A DNA stretch of 64,000 bases from Octopus bimaculoides (lineage: Eukaryota). Below, one piece after another: positions 25,178 to 37,756 of the stretch. The notes under the pieces are model-generated. The model did no database searches. It was not told where the DNA came from and saw nothing but the letters and a program-made list of their open reading frames with translations. Each line of letters opens with the position of its first letter. The first letter of the stretch is position 1. The stretch is from the NCBI RefSeq assembly GCF_001194135.2, contig NC_068983.1, forward strand, positions 90,101,844 through 90,165,843. The letters are read 5' to 3'. The translations under genes were made by a program, and so were the position numbers.

Positions 25178-26010
25178 CAAGTCTCTGTCGCCTGACATCT
25201 ACCAATAGGTTAAAATTGTCCAAAATGTCCACTCCCAAAATAGGATGCAGTATGTCATCTATGACAAAAACCCATTGAAAATCTCAACAAGGATTATTAT
25301 CCAGGTGTAAAGAAATCTGACCAAAAGTAGCAATGGGAGACGAGTTGATTGCATGCAAAACAATGGCAGAATGCTTAGGCCTGTCTGCAGTGAGACGAAG
25401 AGGCCAAATACTGCAAGAAGAACCGGTATCAATCATGAAGAGTTTCTTAGACACCAAGTCTTTTACAAAGAATGCATGATGAGTAGAAAATGAAGAGGAG
25501 GGAATTAACATGTTCAATTTCTCCAACACTCGTTTCCCGATGATTGGAAAGAACAAGGCTGAATGCACTTACAGGCTTTATGCTGATACCTGGTGTGGTA
25601 CCAACAAAGACCAGAACTAGAGGAAAAGGAATCGGTCGAGCGTGAATGAGACCAGCTCTGACTGCGATGGCGTGAAAAGTTGGAGCGCCCTTGCCAAAGC
25701 TCGTCCATTCGGCATGTTAAGGAGTCAAGTTTCTCCACAATCTCATCATGTGATGAGGAAGATGCAGCGGAGGAGACCTCTGAGCAAGAGCAGACATGGT
25801 GAGGTGCTGGTTGGATAGCGAACTCTAAAATTTTATCAGCCATGGTAGCTAGTTGATCCACGGTGTTGGTATCAACCACTGTGGCTAAAATGGTTTGCAC
25901 ATTGGGAGATAGCCGGGAGAAGAAAATTTCTGTAAGAGCGAGTTGTCCTCAGTCATGTTGCTGAGTGTTATATGGACTGTTAGATATGTAATTCGTCTGA
26001 CGTTCCGTGT
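25172..26010 (-). mobile_element. Ty3/Gypsy gag-protease fragment, CsRn1-like clade
   Basis: Gag CWYHTRYQHKACKCIQPC fits CX2HX9CX3C; protease FMIDTGSS...PILGVDIL lies in the -1 frame; slippery G GGA AAC at 25538-25532. Confidence 0.88.
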
Positions 26011-26299
26011 NNNNNNNNNNNNNNNNNNNNNNNNNNNNNNNNNNNNNNNNNNNNNNNNNNNNNNNNNNNNNNNNNNNNNNNNNNNNNNNNNNNNNNNNNN
26101 NNNNNNNNNNAAGGGGAGACAACCCCTCATAATATTATTAATAATATCATTAATAAATTACAAACAATCCCCTATTACAATGGAAATCTTTACTATATTA
26201 TCTCTAGAAGCTTTTGCAAAAACCACAACTGCTATTGGTAAATTATACATTGATATGACCTGCCTTAAGACCTAATATTATACTATAATACCCGGTCAT

Positions 26300-26800
26300 A
26301 TTGCAATTTATTTAAACCAGCGAAATGTGTGTCTTGGAAAATGTGTACATCTTAGAGCATTATTTGTTAGTTTATTTATCAACTTACCCTTAGAGAATAA
26401 TATGAAATATAGTTCTAAATTACATAACGAACAATATCTCCTACCCTTGTCGTACGGGATAGACCTCCTGATGACCGACCATTCTAACGAATATTGCTTT
26501 TTTTGTTCTTTGTACTTGCTATTTTACTTCTATCTCTAAAGGTACTATAATGATTAGATAATCTTGTACAGATTTGTCCCGAAGTACACCCCAGGTATCG
26601 GCTAACATCTGTCTGAGTCTTTACCTTACATTGATAAACTACATTTCTAACTCTCGCATTAGGGCCTTCAAACTTCAATCTTCTGGGGGTTGACCTCTGT
26701 TACTGTAATCATATTCCGATTATTATTACTATTATTATTATTAATATTGTTATTATTATTATTATTATTATTAATATTGTTATTATTATTATTATTATTA
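26300..26800 (-). mobile_element. Penelope-like GIY-YIG endonuclease remnant
   Basis: RNVVYQC...YLGCTSGQICTRLSNHYSTF, then after a frameshift WSVIRRSIPYDKGRRYCSLCNLELYFILFS; poly-AAT expansion upstream. Confidence 0.8.
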
Positions 26801-27000
26801 TCATTTATATCAGGGTTCATATCGCTATCCTCCCCAATTCCTTACAAACATTGTAAAAGACCGCTCATATTATCGTTGAATACTTTATAGTCAAAGGTTA
26901 AATCATTATGGAAGCAGTAAATAATAGTAAAAAAATCTGTTAGTGTATAAAATTAATAAAAGACGTATGTCAATATTGTTTAGAAAATTANNNNNNNNNN

Positions 27001-27790
27001 TGTCTATTATAATAAACACAGCATTCAGAATCATCTAAAGCCCGAGATAGGTAGTAATATGAACAAAAAAACTCACAGTAATAATAATAAGAAGAATAAA
27101 ATATGGCTAATAATTCCCTATGGGATACAGGTAAAAACTAACATTATTAAAGAGATTTTAAATATAATTAAGATATTTATTAAAGACAACAAGAAATATA
27201 AGGACACATTTTCTAGCAATGAATTTGGAGCTAGTTACTCTACCATTAATAATGTTGGCAACATCATTTCATCCTTTAATAAATTTAAATTAAATAAGTT
27301 TTACAATAATAAATTAATACCTCCTTTGGAGTCCAAATATAATTGATTGTAATTGTAGAGATAAGACTAAATGTAAATTTAATTACAGATGTAATGTTGA
27401 GAACGTAGTATATAAATGTATAGTAATTTTGAAGGATAATAACTGTAGTAATAATGATAACATAAACACTACTTACATTGGATCGACTTCCAATAAGATT
27501 AAATCCCGAGTGGCCCAACATATGAATTCCTTTAAGAACAGAAATTTAATGAACTCTATGGGCCTTAATAAATACATTTGGGAACTTAAATAAAAAAGAA
27601 TAGAATACGAGTTAAAATGGGAAATAGTTTGCAAGGCTAAATCATAGAGGATATGGAATAAATTCTGCTTATTATGTACTAATGAATTTAAAGAGATATT
27701 ATCAGCTAATAAAAAAATTGTTTAACTCCCACGATGAACATAGCATTAAATGCAGACATAAATTAAATTACTTATATAATAAGTTTAGAT
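27001..27790 (+). mobile_element. Penelope-like thumb/linker and GIY-YIG remnant, different family
   Basis: KIWLIIPYG...SYSTINNVGNIISSFNK, then CNCRDKTKC...NVVYKC...YIGSTSNKIKSRVAQH...KWEIV...FCLLC, with stops. Confidence 0.85.
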
Positions 27791-28148
27791 AACTAATTTA
27801 TTTATTTAAACCTAGGATAAGGTACCAACTTATAGTTATGATCAGTAGTGTTAAACACATCAAATTAGCTTTAGAATACACTTTAATCATCACAATATTA
27901 TACAAAATTAGAAAATATAACTACCTTTACTTTAAGTATTCAGCGATAATATGAGCAGTCTTTTACAATGTTTCATAGCATTATTTAAGCAATATATAAT
28001 TTTCATATGTGGTATAGTTATTATTCTGCGTAAATCTGAGAGTTTTAAGTATTTTAGTATTTTTAATCTTCAATAAACTTTTTATTTTAGGTAGATTTTT
28101 TTTTTCGATATTTTCATTATTATTTTAGTAATTATAATACGTATTTAC

Positions 28149-28168
28149 CTCTGGGTAGTAGGCGCCAT
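28149..28168 (-). CDS. Candidate first coding exon (MAPTTQ + AG) of an unidentified minus-strand gene
   Basis: Minus strand GTCACGTGAT-AAAC-ATGGCGCCTACTACCCAGAG|GTAAAT: E-box, AACATGGCG start context and a consensus donor. No homology recognised. Confidence 0.35.
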
Positions 28169-28237
28169 GTTTATCACGTGACCTTTCAGTATTAATTCTA
28201 TAGTACTCCCATTTTGGTTTAATTTCCACTAAATCGC

Positions 28238-28660
28238 CGGCGCAATGCAGACTCGCGGTCATAGGATCACGGTTTCGATTCCCAGACTGGGCGTTGTGAG
28301 TGCTTATTGAGCGAAAACATCTAAAGCTCCACAAGGCTCTGGCAGGGGATGGTGGCAAACCCTCTTTCACCACAACTTTCACTCACTCTTACTACCTGTT
28401 TCTGTTGTGCCTGTAATTCAAAGGGTCAGCCTTGTCACACTGTGTCACGCTGAATATCCCCGAGAACTACATTAAGAGTACACGTGTCTGTGGAGTGCTC
28501 AGCTACTTGCACGTTANNNNNNNNNNATCCCCGAGAACTACATTAAGAGTACACGTGTCTGTGGAGTGCTCAGCTACTTGCACGTTAATTTCACGAGCTG
28601 GCCGTTCCGTTGATTGGATCAACTGGAACCCTTGACGTCATAAGCGATGGAGTGCCAACA
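28238..28660 (+). mobile_element. tRNA-derived SINE, full length (third family)
   Basis: GGCGCAATG head, B-box GGTTTCGATTCCC, body shared with 15556-15860. Confidence 0.8.
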
Positions 28661-28797
28661 TACATATATATGTATATATGTATATATATGTAGGTATGTA
28701 TGTATATATTCTATGTACATATATATGTATGTATATACATATATGTATGTATGTATGCATATATATATGTATGTATATATATATGTGTGTATACATA

Positions 28798-30362
28798 TCA
28801 TCATCATCATCATTGTTTAATGTCCGCCTTCCATGCTAGCATGGGTTGGACCATTTGACTGGAGACTGGCGAACCAGATGGCTACACCAGGCTCTATTCT
28901 GATTTTGCAGAATTCTACAGCTGGATGCCCTTCCTAATGCCAACCACTCCGAGAGTGCAGTGGGTGCATTTACGTGCCACCTGTACAAAAGCCAGTTAGA
29001 TGGTACTGGCAACGGCCATGCTCAAAATGTTGTATTTTATGTGCTACCTGCACAGGAGCCAGTCCAGCAGCACTGGCAATGCCCTCGCTCGAATGTTTCC
29101 TTACGTGCCACCGGCACAAGTGCCAGTAAGGCGACGCTGGTAACGATCATGCTCAAATGGTGCTATTTATGTGCTGCTGGTACGGAAGCCAGACAGCTGC
29201 TCTGGCAATGATCATGTTCGGACGGTATTCTTAGCGCTCCTANNNNNNNNNNNNNNNNNNNNNNNNNNNNNNNNNNNNNNNNNNNNNNNNNNNNNNNNNN
29301 NNNNNNNNNNNNNNNNNNNNNNNNNNNNNNNNNNNNNNNNNNNNNNNNNNNNNNNNNNNNNNNNNNNNNNNNNNNNNNNNNNNNNNNNNNNNNNNNNNNN
29401 NNNNNNNNNNNNNNNNNNNNNNNNNNNNNNNNNNNNNNNNNNNNNNNNNNNNNNNNNNNNNNNNNNNNNNNNNNNNNNNNNNNNNNNNNNNNNNNNNNNN
29501 NNNNNNNNNNNNNNNNNNNNNNNNNNNNNNNNNNNNNNNNNNNNNNNNNNNNNNNNNNNNNNNNNNNNNNNNNNNNNNNNNNNNNNNNNNNNNNNNNNNN
29601 NNNNNNNNNNNNNNNNNNNNNNNNNNNNNNNNNNNNNNNNNNNNNNNNNNNNNNNNNNNNNNNNNNNNNNNNNNNNNNNNNNNNNNNNNNNNNNNNNNNN
29701 NNNNNNNNNNNNNNNNNNNNNNNNNNNNNNNNNNNNNNNNNNNNNNNNNNNNNNNNNNNNNNNNNNNNNNNNNNGAACCTTGGTGGACCCCTACCTCTAC
29801 CCGGAATTCTTCACTGTACTCGTTGCCAACACTCACCTTACTGACAGCGTCTCTGTACGTGGCTCGCACAGTTCTCACTAACCATTCTTCTATCCCTAGT
29901 TTCCTCATTGACCACCAGATAAGGGATCGGGGGACCCTGTCAAAGGCTTTCTTCATGTCAACAAAAGCCAAGTACAGAGGTTTATCTTTGGCTAGGTATT
30001 TCTCCTGCAGCTGTCTTACCAGAAATATAGCATCAGTGGTGCTTTTCCTTGGCACGAACCCAAACCGCATCTCATCTGAACTGACTCTCTCCCTAATTAG
30101 TTAGGCTCTGACTCTCTCCATGACTTTCATTACCTGATCCAACAACTTGATACCTCTGTAATTATTTGTATCTAAAGCATCACCTTTACCTTTGTAGGAG
30201 TTGACTATGGTGCTGCTACACCAGTCATTGGGTATCACTCCTCCGTGTATCACTTGGTTAAGAATACGGGTGACTAGGCTATAGCCTACACTGCCAAATA
30301 TTTTGAGCACCTCTGCAGTGATTCCTGATGGGCTGGGGGGCTTTCCCTGTCTTCATACTCTT
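28798..30362 (-). mobile_element. 5'-truncated RTE LINE (copy A) with 3'UTR and (ATG)n tail, spanning an N-gap
   Basis: RT segment FGFVPRKSTTDAIFLVRQLQEKY...GVHQG is nearly identical to 39370-39960; 3'UTR modules match 37757-38050. Confidence 0.92.
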
Positions 30363-30686
30363 AATTGCTTTATCTATATATATATGTATGTATATATATA
30401 GATTCAGGTGAATATAGTACTTAAGTTTAGGCACCAGAATTAAGTATGGTATTATCCATACAGATTCAAAATAAGGTGATTAAAGTCAAAATAAGCAACA
30501 AGGATATCCAAAGTTAATGCAGTGCGATCGTTTCATGCGACTCCATTTAATTAAGCAATGCGAACATTACATTGACATGTAAAATGCAAATCAATCCTCA
30601 GCTGCACAAAGATATAGAAATTTACTGAAATTGCATTTCATTTCAACAGAAGGACATATTTTTATACCTACATTTAAACTCTGCAA

Positions 30687-30751
<65 letters not shown>

Positions 30752-30774
30752 ATATATATATGTATGTATGTATG

Positions 30775-30812
<38 letters not shown>

Positions 30813-30949
30813 TTGTATATGTATGTATATGTACACATATGTATGTTTGTGTGTACGTATATATATATGTATGTGCGTATGTATATATGTATATATACAT
30901 ATACATATATATGCCTGTATATGTGTATGTACATTTATGTATACTAAAA

Positions 30950-31255
30950 TGAACCTGTCATGTGTGCATGTCCCTGTAACTTAGCAATTCAGCAAAAGAG
31001 ACAATAGAATATTCACCAGTCTTTAAAAATAAGCTCTGGAGTGAATCCACTCAAGTAAAATTCTGCTAGGTGTTGCCCCTGGATGGCCACAGTCTAGTGA
31101 CTGGTGCAAGTAAGTGGATAAAAGAACAGAGATACACATCGATAGTTACCTTGGGCAAGTGTCTTCTACTATATCCTAGTACCAACCGAAACCTTGTGAG
31201 TAGATTTGGTAGACAGAATCTGAAAGAAGGCCACTGTATATGTATGTATGGATGT
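30950..31255 (+). mobile_element. SINE fragments (family of 55370-55757)
   Basis: 3' half (CCCTGTAACTTAGC...GAGACAATAGAAT) followed by a 5' half (CCTTGGGCAAGTGTCTTCTACTATA...TGAAAGAAG). Confidence 0.65.
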
Positions 31256-32034
31256 TCTTTCTTTCTTTCTTTAATTTAGTGTCAATTTTCACCAGCCACC
31301 TACTTGGTAGCAAGGTTGTAAAGGAAAGCATCTTGTTGTGTTCATCATCTTTTAAATCTTAAGATGGTCTTGCAGATTTCTAAAGTCCCAGATATTGTGA
31401 TCTTTGTACTGTATGAATTAAGGATTTGCATTCTCTCCCCAAGAACCCTAGTTCCGCCATACTTTGCTCTAGACTGTTTGGTATATATTCTGTTGCTCCA
31501 GTAATAATTGGCATGAAGCTGAAAGTGTGTCTCCTATATGTATGTTTGTATGTATGTATGTGTGCATGCTTACACACACACACACATCTGTGTGTATGTA
31601 TATATGTATATGTCTGTATGCGTGTTTTACTATCTTCTTGCCTTGATATTGGACAGTGGTAGTAAGCAAGTGTCACTGTCATGCAGGATGTGTTCTTCAT
31701 TTCCAATCTGCTATGTGAACATGTATAGGCACAGTGAAATATTACTTGAAAATAGGTGAGGGTTGGCAATAGGAAGGGCATCCAGCCATATGCAGGCCTG
31801 GATAGGTGGCTGTTTCATACACACACACATTCTCTCTTTCTCTCCCTCATATATATTGTGTTGATATTTTCAACTGATGCAACCATATCTGATTCGTCGA
31901 GCGCTTCAATTCTGTGTGTATACATATATTTACTTGATTGCTGACATTTAGCAATGGTTTCATGCATTGTTGTGATATGTCATTTTCTATCATTAATAAA
32001 ACTGTTTGGCATTTTTTACAATACGGGTATGCTA

Positions 32035-32085
<51 letters not shown>

Positions 32086-32499
32086 TTGGAAGTAGCACCG
32101 CAATTGGTAGAGCACAACAGAATCATTTTACATTATCTAATTTGTGATCTTTGCATTCTTATTTTAAATCCTACTCTTTTGTGCCTTTGATTGCTCTGTG
32201 ATTGATAAAACAATATCAAATACTGCAGTCGATTCGACCTCCATTAGAAAATTGCCCTTATGCTTGCGTAAGTGAACCATTCCTTTCTTTTTCTAACTTC
32301 GCTCTTATTTGACAGATTGTAGACGAATTTTGTAATTGATATTAAGGAAGTTGACTGAAATACTTGCACAATAATAAAACATGTTTGTTGTCGTCTGGTG
32401 CTTTTTCTTCCTTCTCTTTGTTTTAAATTAGAATTCATTACTATTCATTAATTACTGAGTAAAATTAGCCACTTTTAATTTAAAGTTTACATTCTCTTT

Positions 32500-34242
32500 T
32501 TTCTCTCATATGTAGGCATAAGTGCGCGCGTGTGTGGGGCGGAAACCAACGTGACAGTAATACCCAACGTAATTATCAATTATCACACTCAATGATTTAG
32601 TGCCAAAGAATAACAATATTTACATCGTTATAAATATTCTATGGGATAAACATCGAATTGATGAATTCTTGTTTATTGACGTTCATATTCAATCACCATA
32701 CCTTATGTTTTTAGCACACCTGTCAAGATTTTCTTTTTTTTTTTCTCACAGAGATTTTAATAATGCTACAAAACTTTGATTATCTTGTCTTTTTTATCTA
32801 TCTTCCAAATAGTTAGTTTCAAGTTAAAAACTTGAAGCTATAGTGAACAATTAAAAAAAACAAAAAAAAAAAACAAACTAAAATTAAGTTAACAACTTTT
32901 AACGTATTTATCAGGGAAAAACTGCCAGTTTCAGAATGGTTTGTATCTATTATCTTTCTGTTTATTTACAACTTATCAGTCAAACAATGCATACTCGAGT
33001 GACAGTCTTAAAACTTAGTTTGATTCCTTATGTTTTTTAGTTTCGAGACCGACCCACCTGGAATATATATCTGTATACGTGTGTGTGTTGTTTTCTTAAT
33101 TCTATCCAGTCGTATTTTAAAGATTTCTAGCTATTAGACAGCAGTGACGTTTGCTTATAAAAATTTTATCTTAACAATATTTACAGGTATTTCCTCTCAT
33201 TCCAGATAAGAATAGAACTAAAGAATAGAATCGACAGGTTTTGTTCTTCATGGAAAGTTGATGAGGGGGAAGAGAATCCTAACAAAATAAGCGAATTATT
33301 TTTTCATGTCTGTGTGGTATTTATTTTGAGTTAGATCATTTACTTCACGTGCTGGCTGCTGTTTGTTGCTGTAGGTAGAAACGGTATACTTTTCGTCGAT
33401 CTGTTTATAAAAGCTAAATCGCCTTCCTGCTGCTATGTTGCATTGCCCTCTAACGGAACAACACTCCAGCTAAACTCTCTTTTGAAATACTCCAGCAATA
33501 AATAATCTCAATTATTTTGAAATGCTTTATACCATCGCAATATAACTAGCATTGAGAAATGTTTAATGTTAAACAACCATCCGAACATTTTGTTAGTATT
33601 TCACTCTTATCAGCATTTTAAACAAATAGCTTTTATTCTTTTCTCTTATCATTCCTTGGAATGCTAAACGTTAGTGGTCTACTTGGAAAAAAAAATCTAA
33701 CGCACCAAACAGTAGTTGCTGCAGATATTAATGCCAGCGTTACTTCAGTACCACAGCAACACCCCCTCCCTTTCTTCGCTGTTGTATCCTTCAGAAAAAA
33801 TTAAATTTCCTTTTAGAATTTTTATTATTGTTTATCGCAAAGGCTTATTTTTAATTATCACTTGCAACATAGACATTATTGTACTTTTGATTCTAGTAGG
33901 TGAATGACCAATGTGTATATTTATAGAAATACGCAGTCTTTCGCGTCATTGACGAATTTTACGTGGGAAGATTTCACTCTAGCTAACCATTTTGGTACAC
34001 ACTGAAGCTGTTTAGTGTTAATCTTCGATAAGCATATTGTTAAGGTATGTGTTCATTACGCAAATCCACTTTTACCTTCAAAATCTAACATTAATGATAT
34101 AAAAAAATGGAAGTAATTGTAACAAGTAATTTGTATTTTTGTATTGTTAACATGAAAACTAATTTTGTTGTCATTCGAACTAAGGTTGATTGTATTTTTA
34201 CATTCGTTTAGGTACCTGTTTCTGATCATAAAATTTTATAGA
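32500..34242 (+). promoter_or_regulatory. Probable TESK promoter and 5'UTR region with a candidate non-coding exon
   Basis: Transposon-poor and locally CpG-enriched. GCGCGCG and GGGGCGGAA at about 32524-32544; paired TGACG half-sites CGTCATTGACG at 33944-33954; donor AAG|GTATGT at 34045 with AG acceptors at 34210-11 and 34240-41. Confidence 0.45.
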
Positions 34243-34566
34243 ATGGTTACTAGTCTCCAAACAGGAGAGAACGGCCAGCCGTTCAGTAGTTATCTTAACG
34301 GTCCACGGAATCACTTTCGTAGTAGTATGAAAGCTGTTCGCAGCCAGACCATCGATTTAGGTGAAGAAAGTAGATTTTTTGATGATGAAGATGATGATAA
34401 CGAATCGGATGTCTCAAATAATTTGTGTCAGGCAGCAGGCAGTAGTTACCGACCTACAAGCTCGAACTCATGTGAAGCTCTTAAACATGCCGTTTCTGCT
34501 CTCACTCGTCTTGATGACTTCATTTGTGAAAAAATTGGAAGAGGCTTTTTTTCAGAAGTTTACAAG
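34243..34566 (+). CDS. TESK2: TESK-family dual-specificity kinase, first coding exon (108 codons, kinase subdomain I)
   Basis: ATG at 34243 reads MVTSLQ...[33 protein letters not shown] and ends AAG|GTAAAT (phase 0). LTRLDDFxCEKIGxGFFSEV is the TESK1/2 (Drosophila cdi) signature. Probably a pro-ortholog of both vertebrate paralogs, so the symbol is approximate. Confidence 0.93.
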
Positions 34567-35710
34567 GTAAATATATTTACAATTTTAATCTCCTTTTTCT
34601 TTCATATACTTACAACAGATGTGTGCAAGATACGGGACTATTTTGCTTTTGAAATCTGTATTATTAAAAACATAACTTTGCACCAGTTTTAACCTTCCAC
34701 GCTGCAATTGATTTTTTTTTTGGCTTATTTCTTTACTGTTTTTGAATGATAAAATTTTGGAGAGCTGTTAACGTCTATAAATCTTCCATATCATTTTTTT
34801 TCTGAATGAATGTATTTCAGTAGTTGCCAGAATCTTGGTGAGTGACAGGGTTGGTGGCTTTGTTTCTTATTTGGACTTCAAATTTTCTTTTGTTCATATC
34901 AACCAGAAAATAGTTTGGTCGTGTGTTTGGTGTTAATTTGTTTTGAGGGTATGATCCATGAGTAATGACTGTCATTATAACACACACCTGGAAAAAAAAT
35001 TGACGGATTAAAATATAAAAAGTCAGAAAATAACTCTACTTTATTATCCAATGTAGAGTAAGATAGATAAGAATTAATATTTAGAAACTCATCAGAAACA
35101 CTGAGAAGACAAAAACTATCTATAGATGCATGGCGTTAGTAGATGTCCACATATATACAAAATATTAAAGATATGTGTGTGGTTAAAATGTTTGTTTTGC
35201 AACCATGTGAATCTGGAATACATTGTACAGTACCTTGAGCAGGTGTTTTCTGCAATAACCTTGTGTTGACGAATATCTGGAAAAATTGCACTTTCTTCAA
35301 AGTTCTCTGACATATTTGTTCTTTACAAGTAAAAGATGTTTCTTACTCTCAAAACTCCCATGAACCAGTGATTAGCCTATTGGAAACCTATAACCAGCAA
35401 CACTGTTCAGCTACTGCTATATTAAATCCTTACTTAGAGCCTTTAGATTCTCTTCAATAAAAAGAAATCAATAAATCAGACGATAATTAATGAAATATAC
35501 AAATAGTTTAGTAAACCAAACTTTATTCTGGAAACAAATTCAATTCAAAATTAGAAAACATCTATTAAAAGCGAACTTGACTAAAATGCACCTGACGGAA
35601 GAATAAATGAGAATCTTATAAAAAAAATTTTAAAAATCAAACTATACAGCATGCATTACAACCAATTATAAACTAGCTTTAATAATATATTACAAAAATT
35701 AAAAATTTGA

Positions 35711-35840
35711 TCATCATCACCATCCTTATTTAACACCTATACTCCATGCTGGAATGTTTGACAGGACCTGACTAGCCTGAAGGTTGCATTGGTGTCCAGT
35801 GTCTGCTTTGGCAAGGTTTCTACAGCTGGGTACTCTTTCT
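35711..35840 (-). mobile_element. Truncated RTE 3' tail
   Basis: (CAT)n...CTCCATGCTGGAATG...GGTTTCTACAGCTGG. Confidence 0.6.
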
Positions 35841-35899
35841 TGACATTAAATCTAATGACATGTTACTTATTATCTCCCTCTTAAAATAGCTACAATATT

Positions 35900-36300
35900 C
35901 AAAATTATCTCTATACAGATAAACTTAATATACTCACCAAAATTGCTTAAATTGGTACGAGGTGCTCTTCTTGTATGCAAGAAGAGCACAGTCACTTAAA
36001 TTGACCCGAATACATACTGAAGGAGTAAGCTGTATTTCTGTTTTGAATGGTAGGCTTAACATGCCACCTTAAGCATCAAACTCCAGTTTCTCCTTGTCTA
36101 CATTTTTTTCTGCAAGTATTAGCCTGTTGATGTTCAGGTTAGATATCAGCAGCATTGATCTCTCAGTAAATTATATGGGTACTGCCTTTTCTCTTTGGAG
36201 TAACTTATTACCGAAAAAACAGTTTGGCTCACATTCAAAATGACTGGAATCATATTATGGTTTGCTGAAAAGTTCATACAGTTAGATTTCTTTAGTACTT
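35900..36300 (-). mobile_element. Highly decayed CR1/L2-like LINE C-terminal fragment
   Basis: Weak minus-strand resemblance (LNVSQT..., SLLLQYVFGSI) to the post-RT region; many stops. Confidence 0.3.
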
Positions 36301-36519
36301 AAAAAATCTGATGTGATTGACTGTTCAAAAGTTGATTCCATCACTACTAATAACTCATCTTAGAATAGATTGTTCCAGCACAGCCTTAACTGTGAGAGCC
36401 AAAACAAACTAAAGAACTTACCCAGAGAGTTTGCTTTGACAAAAAAAACAAAAAAACATTCACACTACACTCACCATTACTAACCATTCTAATCTAATAT
36501 CAGATTCTAGCTTCACAAA

Positions 36520-36990
36520 TTGGTCAAATATCAAAACTGCTGATTATTGACATTTTTGCATACTTTGGCAACACTTTGTCCTTATCAATTGTAAAGCCAT
36601 TAGCAGAATTGTCAAAGCTACTATCACTTTGGATAGACTTCACAAGATCTTTTGGATAAAGAAGGATTACAAGCTGAAGATCTTCAGAGCTGTTGTTCTG
36701 CCGAATTTGCTCTTTGGTATTGAAATGTGAACTGTTTATAACAGGCACACCAAAATGGATGGCAATTGTATTCCAAAATGTTTCTTTTTATAGAAAGTTA
36801 TGTTAAATCTTCAATCAGTGGACAGCACAAATGCTACAAGGACATTCTCAAGACCCTCCTAAAAGACTTCATCATCAATTGTCATGAGGAGTCTTGCTGC
36901 TGAGAGACTTACTTGGTGCAGGCTCAAAAACAGTGTCACTGCATCTAAGAAAACCAGAAACTGACAAGCTTAGTAATAGATGAAGTTGAG
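36520..36990 (+). mobile_element. RTE/BovB-like LINE 3' fragment
   Basis: Decayed YFGNTL...RIVKAT...KLKIFRAVVLPNLLFGIE...MDGNCIPK...GQHKCYKDILK. Confidence 0.7.
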
Positions 36991-37756
36991 AAAGTCCAGA
37001 GCTGGAATATTGCTAAAAAAGGACTTGCCACCCACTCCCAGACATACCATTTAAGTGCTTCAAACCGTAAGTTATGACATAATCATTGTCCATGTGGACA
37101 GATGAATAAGGATACTTAACTAAAGCATGACGTTTAGTGGGTACCAGCTTTATATGCTTATTTTTAATCATGATGTTCTTCCAGAAAACCTGCTGCAATT
37201 GTTCCATTGCATATCATATATCTATCCACCCCATCACTGTGTAATCCCAGAATTCCTAGGATATTCAGGATGTTGAATTTGTGTTTAGGTCTGTTTGACA
37301 AAAGCAATCCTGAAACACCTTGTAACTACATGTACAACTTCACTATCCCATACTATCCTAAAGTTTTAGACTAAACTTTGTCAAATCTGTCTTCAGCTTA
37401 TGTACCTGAAGTGAATATCAGCAGAACAGCAAATCATATCTATTAATTTGTTCCAAATATGCAGTTCTTCAACTCTATTCTTATTCCACCAACAAATAAT
37501 TATATCAGTTAAGTTTCCATATTTTCTGAGTCTAGTCAAATAAGTATTACTAACATATTACTTTTGATTTAATAAATTATACATTTCTAGCCACAAAAAT
37601 TATCTTTGTGCTTAATATTTTAATGACAGCCTGTCTGATAAACCATTATAAATACTCAACTCTCAAGGGAGCCTTTCCCAGTCAACCTTCAAATTACATT
37701 CTTCTGTCTTAAATAAGGACAGAGTACATTGAATAAGGTAGTCTTTGACGTACCTC

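Noticed and set aside
28456-28587. Exact 61-bp direct repeat inside a SINE
   Set aside because: The two copies flank a 10-N gap, so this is most likely an unmerged contig overlap.
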